From: Eledone cirrhosa
Taxonomy: Eukaryota
DNA: 64,000 bases
Direction of reading: 5' to 3'
Assembly: GCA_964016885.1 (NCBI GenBank)
Contig: OZ024744.1
Coordinates: 8,680,001 to 8,744,000 of the forward strand
Part shown: one piece after another, positions 40,971 to 55,209 of the stretch
Position numbering within the stretch: position 1 is the first letter of the stretch
How the letters are laid out: each line of letters starts with the position of its first letter
Made by a program: the position numbers and the translations under genes
Notes under the pieces: generated by a model
Told to the model about the DNA's origin: nothing
Databases searched by the model: none
What the model saw: only the letters and a program-made list of their open reading frames with translations

Positions 40971-42242
40971 TTCATATATATATATATATATATTAATTTA
41001 GTAATTATATATATATATAAGTACATAAGTACATACATACACTTACACACACGAAACACGCACACTTTTATCTATATACTCGTGCACTCATATATAGATT
41101 GCTATACAAAAAATCTAAAATTCCCAGAAATAAGTTATGACCTGATCGCCCCGAAACATATGTGAGATTCATTTTATGAAATGTAATTATACTGAATATA
41201 GTAGAAAGTTGGGGAGAAATGTGTTTTATTGTACACAAATACTAAACTAGTCAATAATTAAATACGAATTGACCCAAATAAACAAACAAAAACGCGATGT
41301 TTGAGTTTCATGTATTGAAAATGAACAAAGAATAAGAGATGAATTCAATATTTTAGCGCGACACTTTAATCAAGTGTTCGATTAATATTCAAGACAGAAT
41401 AAAACGGCTGAATCTAATTGTCCTCTATAGGCTAGATGTGTCCAGAAATGATTAATAATATATGGGTTACTATGTTTAGCACAGAAGAAGAATAGAAAGA
41501 GATAGGAAAAGTAAATGAAATAGAGAAGTGGAGAATCTGTTGTGAAGACAACAGTAAGTAATATCACAGAAATTCCTATTCTAAATTAAATATGTATGAT
41601 GGATCATCCGTCAGCTTCGATAGTGGACATTGTGTTTTTTAATTAACTAACCGCCTAGCTCCTGAATAAGCCATTACCTTTAACGTTATTCCTAAGCCTA
41701 TTCCATTTAATACAATATGTGACAAAGCTAGTGTCTTTTGGATTACAGGTAATATATGTTCGACGGATTTCCAAACATTTTCCTTTTACTCAATTTCATT
41801 CAAATTATTCGGAGTCCACTATACTAAAGCTGATTTCCCAAGATACTGACCGGTGGCTAAAACATCGTAACCACTCAAACAAGCATGTCCATAAAAAAAG
41901 ATATATAATTAATAATTAGCACGTATACAGGAAAGGTGAAGCATAAAAATTAATCAAACTATACAAAAACTTTCAGTATTTTTATCAAATAGTTGGTATA
42001 ACACAGAACTTGACAAATATATTTATGAGCCGAACATTTTTCCGCAAAGAAAATGTATTAAAAGAAAATAAATTTGATATAATTAAAATACCAGATTAAT
42101 TCGATTAATTTGCAGAAACCAAATCTTTTGTAAATTATTTAAATTATAAAGGAAAAAGAAATATATAAAATAACAATATTTAATTATTGAATGCGAAGAG
42201 ATCGATAAATATTTTGATAGTCACTAAAATCCAGTAACAACG

Positions 42243-42390
42243 CGAATTGCCAGAGTCGTTTTAATGTCGGATAGATTGTTTTGCTGTGTTCGTTTCGATT
42301 CTCTGCGTTCTACTTCCGCCGAGATCAATATGGCTTTCATGTTTTCGAAGTCTGTAAACAAGTGCGAGTTCAGTGATGGAGTTGATTCAT
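42243..42390 (+). mobile_element. Old diverged SINE remnant
   Basis: TTCCGCCGAGATCAATATGGCTTTCAT resembles the SINE core. Confidence 0.5.
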
Positions 42391-42859
42391 CCTCTATACT
42401 TCTTTCTCACTTCGTCGCGCTCAATTTCTTTCTCCTTAACTGAAAGACATTAACTGATCTCAGACCTAGAGAGAGGATGGAATCTGTCAGGCTTAAAATA
42501 TTATCACGGCACCAATAAGACACCATCAGGAATCATGGATCCATACAAACACATAAAATACACTTTACTGCTACATTCATTAGCGACGAACTGAAAGTTA
42601 GTCTGAAACAATGTACTTTTAGGTGACTGGAGTAAAACTTTTATAGTCGATATATGACTTAAATATGTGTTTAGTTAGAAATAGATATTTGTGTGTATGG
42701 ACACCTATATGAAGAATGAGTTGTATAGGCATCCTTATTACATAAGTTTGTGGTAATTTGAAACCTGACAGACGCCATCTTCTCGCCAATTTTGAATATA
42801 GTGATTTTTTCCAGAGAAGGGGAGAGAGGGTGAGAGAAAGTAAGAAACAGATATAGACA

Positions 42860-43020
42860 TATAATCGACCCCAGTACCGGACCGGACTGGAAGTTTTATT
42901 ATCTTTTTCTTGAAATTCAAACTTCACTTTGACGGAATTTGAACTTTGAAAGCGTAAAGGACCGAAACGAATAACACAAGTCATTCTATCAGACGTTCGA
43001 AAGACCTTGCCAATTTGTCA
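42860..43020 (-). mobile_element. Old diverged SINE remnant
   Basis: ATCGACCCCAGTA...GACGGAATTTGAAC...TGCCAATT resembles the SINE reverse complement. Confidence 0.5.
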
Positions 43021-44131
43021 CTTTAGAAATGTTTACAATAGCAAACTAACTGAAATATCTATTGCAATGAATATCTGTAGTAAAAGCAAACATAATTTGT
43101 ATTAATCTTATTTTATTTATTTATAGGCTATTAAAAAAACCGCATTTTGTATTTTAAATATCTGAATAGTATGTACTTGTATGTAAAGAATATTGTTCGT
43201 TATGACAACAAACATATGTTTTAATAGCTTAAAGGTGCAAGCCATTCCAAATATCATTTCTCTAGATTTTCGTATAAATAAAAGAAAATATTTACACCTT
43301 TTATTAAAATACTTATCGCTCTTGGCAAGTTTATATTTATTTTATGTTATTTCAAGAAGTTTATATATTGATACTGGTATACACTCACACTATGTTTTCA
43401 GGTTTCTTTATTTCGTTTAATTTTAATTAAATATTTCTTTAAACACAAATACCTTCCTAATTGTGAATGTTTCCATCTTTTAAACTAAAATTGATCATAT
43501 TTAAACTAAAACAATTAATTATGGATATTATATTAAGTTAACTAAACTTTAATTTTGCAATAGATAATAATCATTTCTAGAATATAGTGTCTGCTTGAAA
43601 TTATTATTTTTTTTAATCGTGGTTAAATTTCTGGAGAATGCGAGAAGGTTCCCCAGAAAGTTAACTAGGATTTAAAAAAATTAACAAAGCACTTATTAGA
43701 TCTATATAGCAAAATCTTAAAATTGTAAAATTATAAAATTATAAAATTAAATTGTTATAAAATACCAACTAAAAGTGAAGTAATTATTTTCCTATTTTCA
43801 AATATACCTAACTGTACCAAGTATCTCACACATTTTCCTATATATATATATTGCTTACTTACTTATTTATTTATTATATGTGTGTATGTATGCTTGCATG
43901 TATGTGTATGGAGATAGGTGTATGGTTACATGGTTTATATCTGTGCATGTATAACAGGATGCATCCTTCCATGGATGACCCTGTATGACCTTTTGTGCAG
44001 ATTTATATGATTGTGAGTATATCACATTGGGGTACGGGCAGAGATATATACATACGTGCGTGTATCTTCTTAGTGGATGTACGTGGACAGGCAGGTAGTT
44101 GGGCGCGTATTTGTTGGACTATATATGAGCC

Positions 44132-44151
44132 AGTGAGTGTGTGTGTGTGAG

Positions 44152-44186
<35 letters not shown>

Positions 44187-44722
44187 GTGTATGTGGGTGT
44201 GTGTGTATGTGTGTATATCTGCATCCACATAGGGCAGGGTTTGTTTGTATGTTTATGTGCGTGTACATATACATGTGTAGATATATATACATGTCTGTAT
44301 GTATGCGTGTATGTGTTTGTGTCTTTGGAAGTGTCTGTCCTTGTGTCTGTCAATAAAGACAGGCGTGTATGTGTGCGTGTGTGTGTCTATATATATATGT
44401 CTGTGTGTGTTTGTGTATATGTACAGATGTACGCGAACGTTGATATGTGTCCTTGTATGCGTGTACGTGTGTATGTCCGCGAGTGCGTGCGTGTGAGACC
44501 GGATGTATGGGGATATATAGGCAGGCGCCAGTAGACGTGTGTTGGTTTGTATATGGTTGTGGGTGTGTATGGGTGTGTGTATATGGATATGGGCGGGTAT
44601 ATCTACACATATGTGCGTACATATGTGTATGCATATATGTGTATGTGTCTGCGTGTGTGTGTATGTGTATGTGTATGTGTATTTATATGTGTGTGTGTGT
44701 GGGTATATATTCGTGAGTGTGA
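44132..44722. repeat. Degenerate (GT)/(TA) low-complexity tract
   Basis: Direct inspection. Confidence 0.85.
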
Positions 44723-45061
44723 GCAGACTTGTGAGATACAAAACCCAGCATGAGTTCATTGGACGGAGAGTAGCTGATGACCAGTGTGGCAGCAAATATT
44801 GAACAGAATTTATGATGAAGTAGAAAAACAACAGCCAATGGTAAGACAAGAGTGGAAGATGTTTTTTTAAGGTCTTTTTTGAAGCTAACACCCCAGTGAG
44901 AAAATTTGCTCCGAAAGCATTGTATGTGTCCGAAGAACCCGCAGTTCTAGAATCAGGCAGATCCATACAATGATCGTGTCTCGAGCTATCTGCCGGCGAA
45001 ACAATTGTAACACGCAATAAACTGAGTCTAAGTGCATCACTGATTTTTCGTTTGTTTATAT

Positions 45062-45092
<31 letters not shown>

Positions 45093-45095
45093 GTA

Positions 45096-46245
45096 AATAT
45101 TTATAAGTCGTTTGGAAGCCTCGACAATGCAAATGGGTAAATCTCCGGGTAACAAGGTCCGGTGGTGGAGAGAGAGATGTGTAAGTGGGTGTACGTTGAG
45201 ATGCGTGGTGTGTATAAGATGTGTGAGATGTGTAGAATGAAGGGAAGAGTAAAAGAATAAAAATAATAAAAACAACACAAGAGAGAGAGTTACCTTGGGA
45301 GAGATTTAATAGTCCCTATATATTTCGGATTCACATCCATCAACTGGAGTTTTTCCGGGGTGGGGGAAAAGGTTGTCTCTCGGACAACTCGGAACGCGTC
45401 TTTCGCTGTCTGTTGATTTGAATATCTGAGGTATTCGGCCGAGCGCGCGTGCGCGTGAAATGGGGTCGGTCGTACAGAGGTCAGCGGCCGAATGAGGGAG
45501 TGGGATGGCGCTAGCTGTCAGTCCATTCTCTGCCTGTTTGTTAAATGTTACTGTGTGTGTGTGTGCGTGTGTTGTTGTCTCGCTTGAGTGTGTGTGTGTG
45601 CGTGTGTTGTTGCCTTATTCATCTGTATTGGCAGTGTAGTATGTTCGTCTGGTGGAATGCTACTGTGTGTGTGCGTGTGTGTGTGTGTGTAGTTGTCTCG
45701 TTTGCGTGTGTGTATGTGTGCGTGTGTTGTGTGTTGTTGCATCGCTTGTTAACTTAAACCAGCCATTTCATTTCGCTTCTCTCTAATCGGTTGTTTATTT
45801 GCGGTTGCAGTTGTTTGATAAGAAGCGCTTCCTTAATACGTAACGTGCCGACGTTTCTTTCAGTCGCTAGAATTGTGACAATGGGCCTTCCGTCTTTGTT
45901 TCCGCATTTTTCTATGTGTTTCCGGAAAGACGAGGCCCTGGTTTTAATGTGTTCCTTGATCCGGATGTGCAAAGGTCGAATTGTGCTACCTATGTAGTAT
46001 TGGTTGCACCTGTCATTTGCATTGTCGAGGCTTCCAAACGACTTATAAATATTTACTTATTGTACCACAATGCTTCAAGCGAACTTCAATACTCTCTTAT
46101 CCTTACACCTGAGCCAGGAATTGTTTGCATCCGTAAGGGAACTGTTTAGACTGTCGGAGAAATGGGCCAACGCTGGCTGCCAAATTATTTTCCTGAAACG
46201 CTGCCTAAAAAACGATGTCATCCCCAACACCATCAAGAACATCCG
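45096..46245. mobile_element. Penelope-like fragment: inverted pseudo-LTR with GIY-YIG C-terminus (minus, 45754-46015) and PLE ORF start (plus, 46070-46245)
   Basis: CNQYYIGSTIRPLHIRIKEH...KEALLIKQLQPQIN; IIFLKRCLKNDVIP; 40-bp inverted repeat 45096-45135 / 46014-46054; decayed hammerhead at 45313-45349 (-). Confidence 0.8.
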
Positions 46246-46261
46246 TATATATATATATACA

Positions 46262-48890
46262 CCGGCCCCCGCCCGAACTGTACGGTCGTTACATTGACGA
46301 CTGTATCGGAGCCACGACCCTCACCCGAGAACAGCTCGACTCCTTTCTCTCCTTCTTCTGCTCCTTCCACCCTTCCCTCCACTTCACCACCTCTATCTCC
46401 ACCACCCACGTCCACTTCTTAGACATCTCCGTCGCCTTCGACCCCTCCCACCACTCCCTCGTTACCTCCGCCTTCTTCAAACCCACCGACTCCCACTCTT
46501 ACCTCGACTTCACCTCTTCTCACCCCACCCATACTAAACACTCCATTCCCTACTCCCAACTCCTCAGGATCCGCCGCCTCTGTAGCCGAGATGCTGACTT
46601 CGAGTCCCAGGCCCTTTCCCTAGTCAGCCATTTCATCCGCAGAGGTTACCCCCCTCTCTCGTACACACCGCTCCACCACCCTCACCCCACGCCACCGCAC
46701 ACCCACCTACCGTCTCCCCTTCCCCATCACCTACCACCCCTCTACCTTACCCCTCCACCGCACCATCCGCCGCCTCTTCCAACGCCTCCAGTCCGACCCT
46801 CCACCTCCCACATCTTCCCAACCCCACCACTCCCCTCCTTCAAACGCGCACGCAATTTCCGCACCCTCCTCGTCCACAGCTCCCTACCCCCCAACCCACG
46901 CTCTGTTTCCCCCCCGGTTCCTTTCCCTGTTCTAGGCCCCGCTGCAACACCTGTCCCCACATCACCAACACCACCACCTTCCAGGGTCCCAACGGCCACT
47001 CTCTCTCTGTCCGGCATGCCTTCCGCTGCGCCTCCTCCAACCTAGTCTACGGACTTCGACTTTTGTGGATAGACGGGACGTCGCCTGGCGGACCGATTCA
47101 CTGAGCACCTCCGGGATATTCGTCTCGGTGGTAGTTCCCCCATCGCCCGCCACTTTGGTGGTCCTGGACATTCCGCACGCCATCTCACAGTCTGTGGCCT
47201 ACTCCAATGCCACGGAACACCCGCCAATCGCCTTAGAGTCGAACAAAGAGCTATCTTCATCTTACAGACCCACACTCCCCCCGGCCTGAACTCCCCACCC
47301 TTATTTCTTTAGCCTTCGACCCCCCCCCCCCACACACACGCACTTATCCCCCACTAACACCACTAACACACCCCTCCTTTTCACCGCCCACCCCACAACT
47401 AACAATACTAACACCTCCACTTCACCCCTCATCCGACCACCCTTCCCCAACTAACATACTAACATCCCTCCCTTCTTCTCCTCCTCCCCCCTCCTTATCA
47501 CACGCACACACCCACCGGCACATATATACACGCGCTCACACTAAACACACACCCTACTACCACCACTAACCCTCACCCCCACACCTCAATCCCAACACCC
47601 CGCAACTAACCTCACTAACACCCCCTGACCCCAAGCACACGAACACACGCACCCACTTACACAACCCACCCCACACGCAACTAACATCACTAACACCCCC
47701 CAAACCCACGCACACGTACCCACACACCCTCATACACCACCAACTCTACACACCCTACCACCACTAACCCCCACTCACACCTGCATTCAACCCTTCCCCA
47801 CCTCCCGTATACTAACACCCACTAACACCCCTTCATCAAACTACACACACACCAGTACACCACACTCCCTCCATAGACTACACACACCCTTCTCTCCCCT
47901 CTCCACCCACACCCTCGCTCCACACTCACTCATCCCACTAACACCTCTACTAATACACACACACACCCTCCTCACTCCAACTTTCAGACCTACCCATCCT
48001 CGCCCCTTTACCATTCCACCGACTGCTGCTATGCCCTCTGACCACCTCCCAGCACAAAAAGACACACAGCACTCCCACCGCTTGACCACTTCCTGTTGCG
48101 CGCGCACCCCACATCTCTCCTCTTCCGACCATCTCTTCATGGAATACTCGTATGTGGAACTTGACCACCACGGAATCTACTAAACATCATAGGAATTTAC
48201 CAACATTTCAACCATCCTCTTACGGAATCACCTATATAACTCACCCACACACACACCCAAAAATATTTTTTCTCCCACACGCCACTTACACCCACAACAC
48301 GCTTAAACCCCACACACACGTGCTTTCCACCACATATTTACACCCTCAGCCTCCTGATTCCTCTCCCCCCACCCCTCTATCCACACACGCACAGACACTC
48401 CGACCTACAACCCCCCCCCCCACACACACACACACACCTCTTCCTGAACATGCAACCCCGTTCTTCCCCCAACCCTTACTTTCACATTCACACACACACA
48501 CGTACACGTACACCTACACACACACACCACCTTCAGCCCTCCCCGCTCGGACACCCCGTCTCCCTCTCCCCACTCCACCCGCCACCACCCCTACACACCA
48601 CACACCCTTCCACCACCTGTTTTACCCCTTTTTAATTTCAGTTTATTTTGATCATGCTTTTATATTTAATTTTATTTCATTCCTTGTATTTTGATCATGC
48701 TTTATTTTTATTTTTATTTTTAATTTCATTCGCACCGTTTCCTTTCGCTATATGTCTCTCCACCACTCCCCTACACACCCTTTGAACTCTGTTCCCACAC
48801 ACTTCTCACCTGAGGAAGGGCTTATGCCCGAAACGTCGTTCCCCACCACCACCCCACTCTCCAGAGCGTGAAATTAATAAACATTCGTGG
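46262..48890 (+). mobile_element. Neptune-type Penelope-like element, 5'-truncated, C-rich
   Basis: YGRYIDD, FLDISV, KPTDSHSYL...SSHP, SIPYSQLLRIRRLCS, GYP; endonuclease remnants ETGRRLADRFTEHL, PIARHF, PPGLN; long C/A-rich 3' UTR. Confidence 0.85.
48807..48840 (+). ncRNA. Minimal hammerhead ribozyme of PLE type
   Basis: CTGAGGA A GGGC-TTAT-GCCC GAAA CG TC, upstream of AATAAA; stem I short. Confidence 0.8.
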
Positions 48891-49155
48891 TACTGCCTCT
48901 CTGTTTTGTTCCTGTTCAAATTTTTCCATTATATATATATATATATAAAAATGAAATCGAAAATGCAACTGGAGTCTTACTTTTTTTTAAATATATATAT
49001 TTATTTGGTTCCTTTACTGGTTTCGCAGTTCTTCTGCTTTTCAAAAGTAGAGTTGAGATGGAGGGTCTGTGGTTTTTCTCACATCTCTCTCTCGCTCTCT
49101 CTGTCTCGCTCTCTCTGTCTCTCTCTCTCTCTATATATATATATATCTCGCTCTA

Positions 49156-49191
<36 letters not shown>

Positions 49192-49329
49192 CAAATTTGA
49201 AAACTTCAGTGAGATCAAGGATTAATATTATTATCTACAAACGTTTCAATGCAGCCAGAAATATTCACCAATGATGGAGAAAAGGTAATTGAAATACAGA
49301 GGTAATTGAAATGAAATAGATTTCATTTC

Positions 49330-49817
49330 AATTATCTCTGTATTGTATTTTATTAACTTTATTCTTAACTCTGAAGCGTAGAATCATTCGCTCTCCTAGT
49401 TAGAATTTTAGTCTACGACTTCTGCTATACCATTTACGTGGTTTTGTCTTTGCGTGCAATTGTTCTCCACGATCCACATATGACGTATTATCTTCGTTTT
49501 TTCCGTTCATTGCCAGAGAACGTCTCTATGCACCACCTAAGAGAACATTAGTCTACGACCTCTTTTATACCATAAACGTGATTCTGTCTTTGCGCGTAAT
49601 TGTTTTTCACCGCTCCTTTTAATGACGTATTATATTCGTTATTCCCGTTCTTTGCCAGGGAACGTTTCCACGGACCAAAGTATCGTCTTCCTGTCTTCCC
49701 CCGGTTGCAACGTTTTTTGAAATATCCAGTTCTGCGTTTACAGATTGACTTTGTTAGTTTCAGAAGATCCCGTTAAGGGTGAAAGCAGCGATTCTTTGCT
49801 TAAACTTTAATCTGCTA

Positions 49818-49914
<97 letters not shown>

Positions 49915-51245
49915 ATTGTTTCTATATAAGAACCGTAGAGCAAATATTTATTAAAATAACAGATTAAAGTTTAAGCAAAGAATCGCTGCTTTCACCCTTA
50001 ACGGGATCTTCTGAAACTAACAAAGTCAATCTGTGAACGCAGAACTGGATATGTCAAAAAAGGTTGCAACCGGAGGAAGACAGGAAGACGATACTTTGGT
50101 TCGTAGAAACGTTCGCTGGCTAAGAACGGGGAAAAACGAATATAATACGTCATTAATAGGAGCGGTGAAAAACAATTACGCGCAAAGACAGAACCACGTT
50201 TATGGTATAAAAGAAGTCGTAGACTAATGTTCTCTTAGGTGGTGCATAGAGACGTTCTCTGGCAATGAACGAAAAAACGAAGATAATACGTCATATGTGG
50301 CGCGTGGAGAACAATAGCACGCAAAGACAAAACCACGTAAATGGTATAGCAGAAGTCGTAGACAAAAATTCTAACTAGGAGACCAAGTGAATCTCCGCTA
50401 CAGAGTTAATAACAAGTAAATAAATACAGAAGTAATAGAAATAAATAAATACATACACCCAAACAAATACCTACATACACACGCATACGAAAAAACTTAC
50501 CATAGGTATACAAAACCACGCACATATAAATATGTGTGTGTGTGTATGCGTGTATACAAATAAATAAATAATTAAATAAATACGTATATAACAAATGCAC
50601 ACACATACCTACATATAAATACACGAATGTTCGGAGACGTAAGTCAACTAAAACATGAAGTACACATATACACACACCCACCATACGTACGAACCTGCAT
50701 ACTCACACAGACGCAAAACTCCCGTATACACATAGCCGAACCCTAAATACCAGAATATATAAAATTATACGCCATAACAATCAAATATACGTAAGAGAAG
50801 GTATACGTACCTTACGTATTTTTGTCGACGACTTCTGCTATACCATTTACGTGTTTTTTTCTTTGCGTGCTATTGTTCTCCACGCTCCATATATGACATA
50901 TTATCTTCGTTTTTTCGTTCATTGCCAGAGAACGTCTCTATGCACCACCTAAGAGAACATTAGTCTACGACCTCTTTTATACCATAAACGTGGTTCTGTC
51001 TTTGCACGTAATTGTTTTTCACCGCTCCTATTAATGACGTATTATATTCGTTTTTTCCCGTTCTTTGCCAGCGAACGTTTCCACGAACCAAAGTATCGTC
51101 TTCCTGTCTTCCTCCGTTTGCAACGTTTTTTGAAATATCCAGTTCTGCGTTTACAGATTGACTTTGTTAGTTTCAGAAGATCCTGTTAAGGGTGAAAGCA
51201 GCGATTCTTTGCTTAAACTTTAATCTGTTATTTTAATAAATATAT
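49330..51245. repeat. ~480-bp unit in three copies: direct (49330-49825), inverted (49945-50410), direct (50825-51245), around (TA)n
   Basis: Shared AGTCTACGAC...CAGAAGATCCCGTTAAGGGTGAAAGCAGCG; internal ~120-bp subrepeat. Confidence 0.85.
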
Positions 51246-51271
51246 ATATATATATTTATTAAAATATAACG

Positions 51272-52791
<1,520 letters not shown>

Positions 52792-52821
52792 ACACGGGTG
52801 TGTATGATTGTGTATAGAAGA

Positions 52822-53189
52822 TTATATTAATAAAAGAAATTCCAACTTTGTCTGATTTACTCGTTTTATTTACCATCCTTTAAAATCTATAATGGTATTA
52901 GAATGAAATAGTATGGTAGAATATTAAATGTTAAGTGTTAATTGAACAAGTACTTTCATGCTTTCGCAATCTTCAGGTTCATATTGTGTGGTGACAGTCA
53001 AGTTTGCAATTTTCAACAGTTGAAAATTGCAAACTTTACTGTCACCACAGATTATGAACCAGAAGATTGCGAAAGCATGAAAGTACTTGTTCAATTAACA
53101 CTTAACATTTAATATTCCACCATACTATTATAAATTTTAAAGGATTCTAAATAAAACGAGTAAATCAGACAGAGTTGGAATTCCTTTTA

Positions 53190-53195
<6 letters not shown>
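52822..53195. repeat. Palindromic fold-back with 1-nt spacer at 53018
   Basis: TTTGCAATTTTCAAC-A-GTTGAAAATTGCAAA; arms ~180-195 bp. Confidence 0.92.
52943..52981 (-). ncRNA. Minimal hammerhead ribozyme
   Basis: TGAAC CTGAAGA T TGC-GAAA-GCA T GAAA GTAC TT GTTCA; mirror copy at 53055-53093 has core mutated to CAGAAGA. Confidence 0.8.
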
Positions 53196-53249
<54 letters not shown>

Positions 53250-53340
53250 AAGGTTAAACAAGGTTCAATGAATAAATCAGAGAATGAGCTTTACAATAGA
53301 TTGGAAGCACTCAACAGCTGAGGTTTTCCGGAGTTATTAA

Positions 53341-54960
53341 TATTAATTCAAAATATTAACAAATATAGACATTCGTGTGATCAAGTATATTTTATTATAC
53401 ATATTTCAGAGGTACTGAACTATCTTCAACAGTACGTCCTCATCAGATAAAATAAGATGATGCATGACATACCCTGACATGTTAGGTGATTAAGATTCAG
53501 TCATGGTAGTGAATATGATATGACAAGATTCAATATTTATATACCTTAAGATTGAGACATGAAAAAAAACAAAAAAAAATTACATATAATACAGAGGGTG
53601 CGTGTGAGAAAGCTTAAAAATACATAATAGCAATTTACATAACTGTTAGAGATTCAAATAATTTAAATTATTGAAGAAAGAAGAAAGAAAGAAGAAAGAC
53701 AGAGAGAAACAGATGGGGAAAAACTATAGTTACTAGAAGTATAGAAAGCAAAAGAGAATTGATCAAGGCTAGAGAGACAAAGGGGAATGGTTTCTATAGT
53801 ATAAAGCATAGATAAAATACATGAATATACATTTGGGCATAGCTTTGTAAAAGAGTAAACTTGAATCTTTGAATTATCTAGAAGTATCCATCTATCTAAA
53901 TATTAAATATATGTGGGTGTAATTATATGAGGGTTTAATTTCAAGTCCTCAATTAATAAGAAATATACTAACAATTATTTATACACCATATATATCCAAA
54001 CTTATCCGGCTGACCGTTAAATTTCAAATTCCTTATGTTAGTTCAGAATAATGGATTAATCTAATGGTATAATATTTCAGCCTATAAAAGTTTATAAGTG
54101 TCTATATTAATATTAAAGTATACTAACATATTTAATTTATAAAATCATATTTAAAGTATTTTCAAACAAGAGAACGCAACATAGTATTTTCATCCACACG
54201 AAGGTAAACCATGCCGAGGTTAACTTTGCCTTTCATCCTTACGGGGTCGATAAAATAAAGTACCAGTAATGTACTGGGTAATTGCTGGCCTTGTGCCTAA
54301 AGTAGAGACAATTATCTTATATTATTTTCCCAAACTAAAATAATTCTCACTATATAATAATTACAGTTATAACTTTAAAAAATGTTTAATTAACAATTAG
54401 AATGCCCTAAAGCATCTAGAGGCCTTATAGTTAAACTTAAAAAAGTTATTATTAAATTTGATATATGCATTTGTTCAAATATATACAAAGAGTATATTGT
54501 CTTAAGTTCAAGACGATATTAGTCAGTTATACATAAGACAATATAATATAATAGAATAAATAAGTTACTGTTAGTATTGTTTCAATTTAGGCTTTAGATC
54601 AATTATTGTATCTTAGGATCATGTAATACATATATACTATAAACATTTCATGAATCATAAGGAAACGAACCAGATTCAAAATAAATAAGTAAACTGTTTG
54701 CGATCATATAAGTGCCAAATATTTAAGCTATATGATTTAAAATACAAGAACACTTTTTTAAGGATCTATATAGAAGTATAGTATCATATTTAAAGTGTCT
54801 GCAAACATGAGAAAGAGAAAACTTATGATTGTCATCGACCCGAAGGTAACCCGAATTATGAGGACGTACTGTTGAAGATAGCTCAGTACCTTTTAAATAT
54901 GTATAATAAAATATACTTGATCACACGAATGTCTATTTTTGTTAATATTTTGAATTAATA
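53341..54960. mobile_element. Decayed PLE-like module with ~100-bp terminal inverted repeats; SINE fragment at 54212-54315
   Basis: 53341-53443 is the reverse complement of 54858-54960; flanked by (TA)n. Confidence 0.7.
53395..53450 (-). ncRNA. Hammerhead ribozyme motif
   Basis: TTAT CTGATGA G..GTACTG-loop-CAGTAC..T GAAA TATG TA TAA overlapping AATAAA. Confidence 0.65.
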
Positions 54961-54962
54961 TA

Positions 54963-55013
<51 letters not shown>

Positions 55014-55154
55014 AGTTTATGTTGGTTGTATACCAACACCTCAGTATGCAGGCTGGAGCACTCGACGAAGTGCGCAGGTTGGTTTGGTTACTCCGGAGTA
55101 GTGTAAAATAAAGTTAAATAAAAGTCAAATGATTAAAATTTAGCTTCGTTTATT

Positions 55155-55209
55155 ACTGCTATATATATTTCAGTGACAGCCATCTTTGGTTGTGACCTCT
55201 TCAGGCAGT
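55155..55209 (-). ncRNA. Hammerhead ribozyme in inverted pLTR
   Basis: Reverse complement of 57932-57986 with one stem II substitution. Confidence 0.8.

Noticed and set aside
41000-44000. Host exons in the AT-rich interval
   Set aside because: No convincing ORF or recognisable protein motif; small exons cannot be excluded without transcript data.
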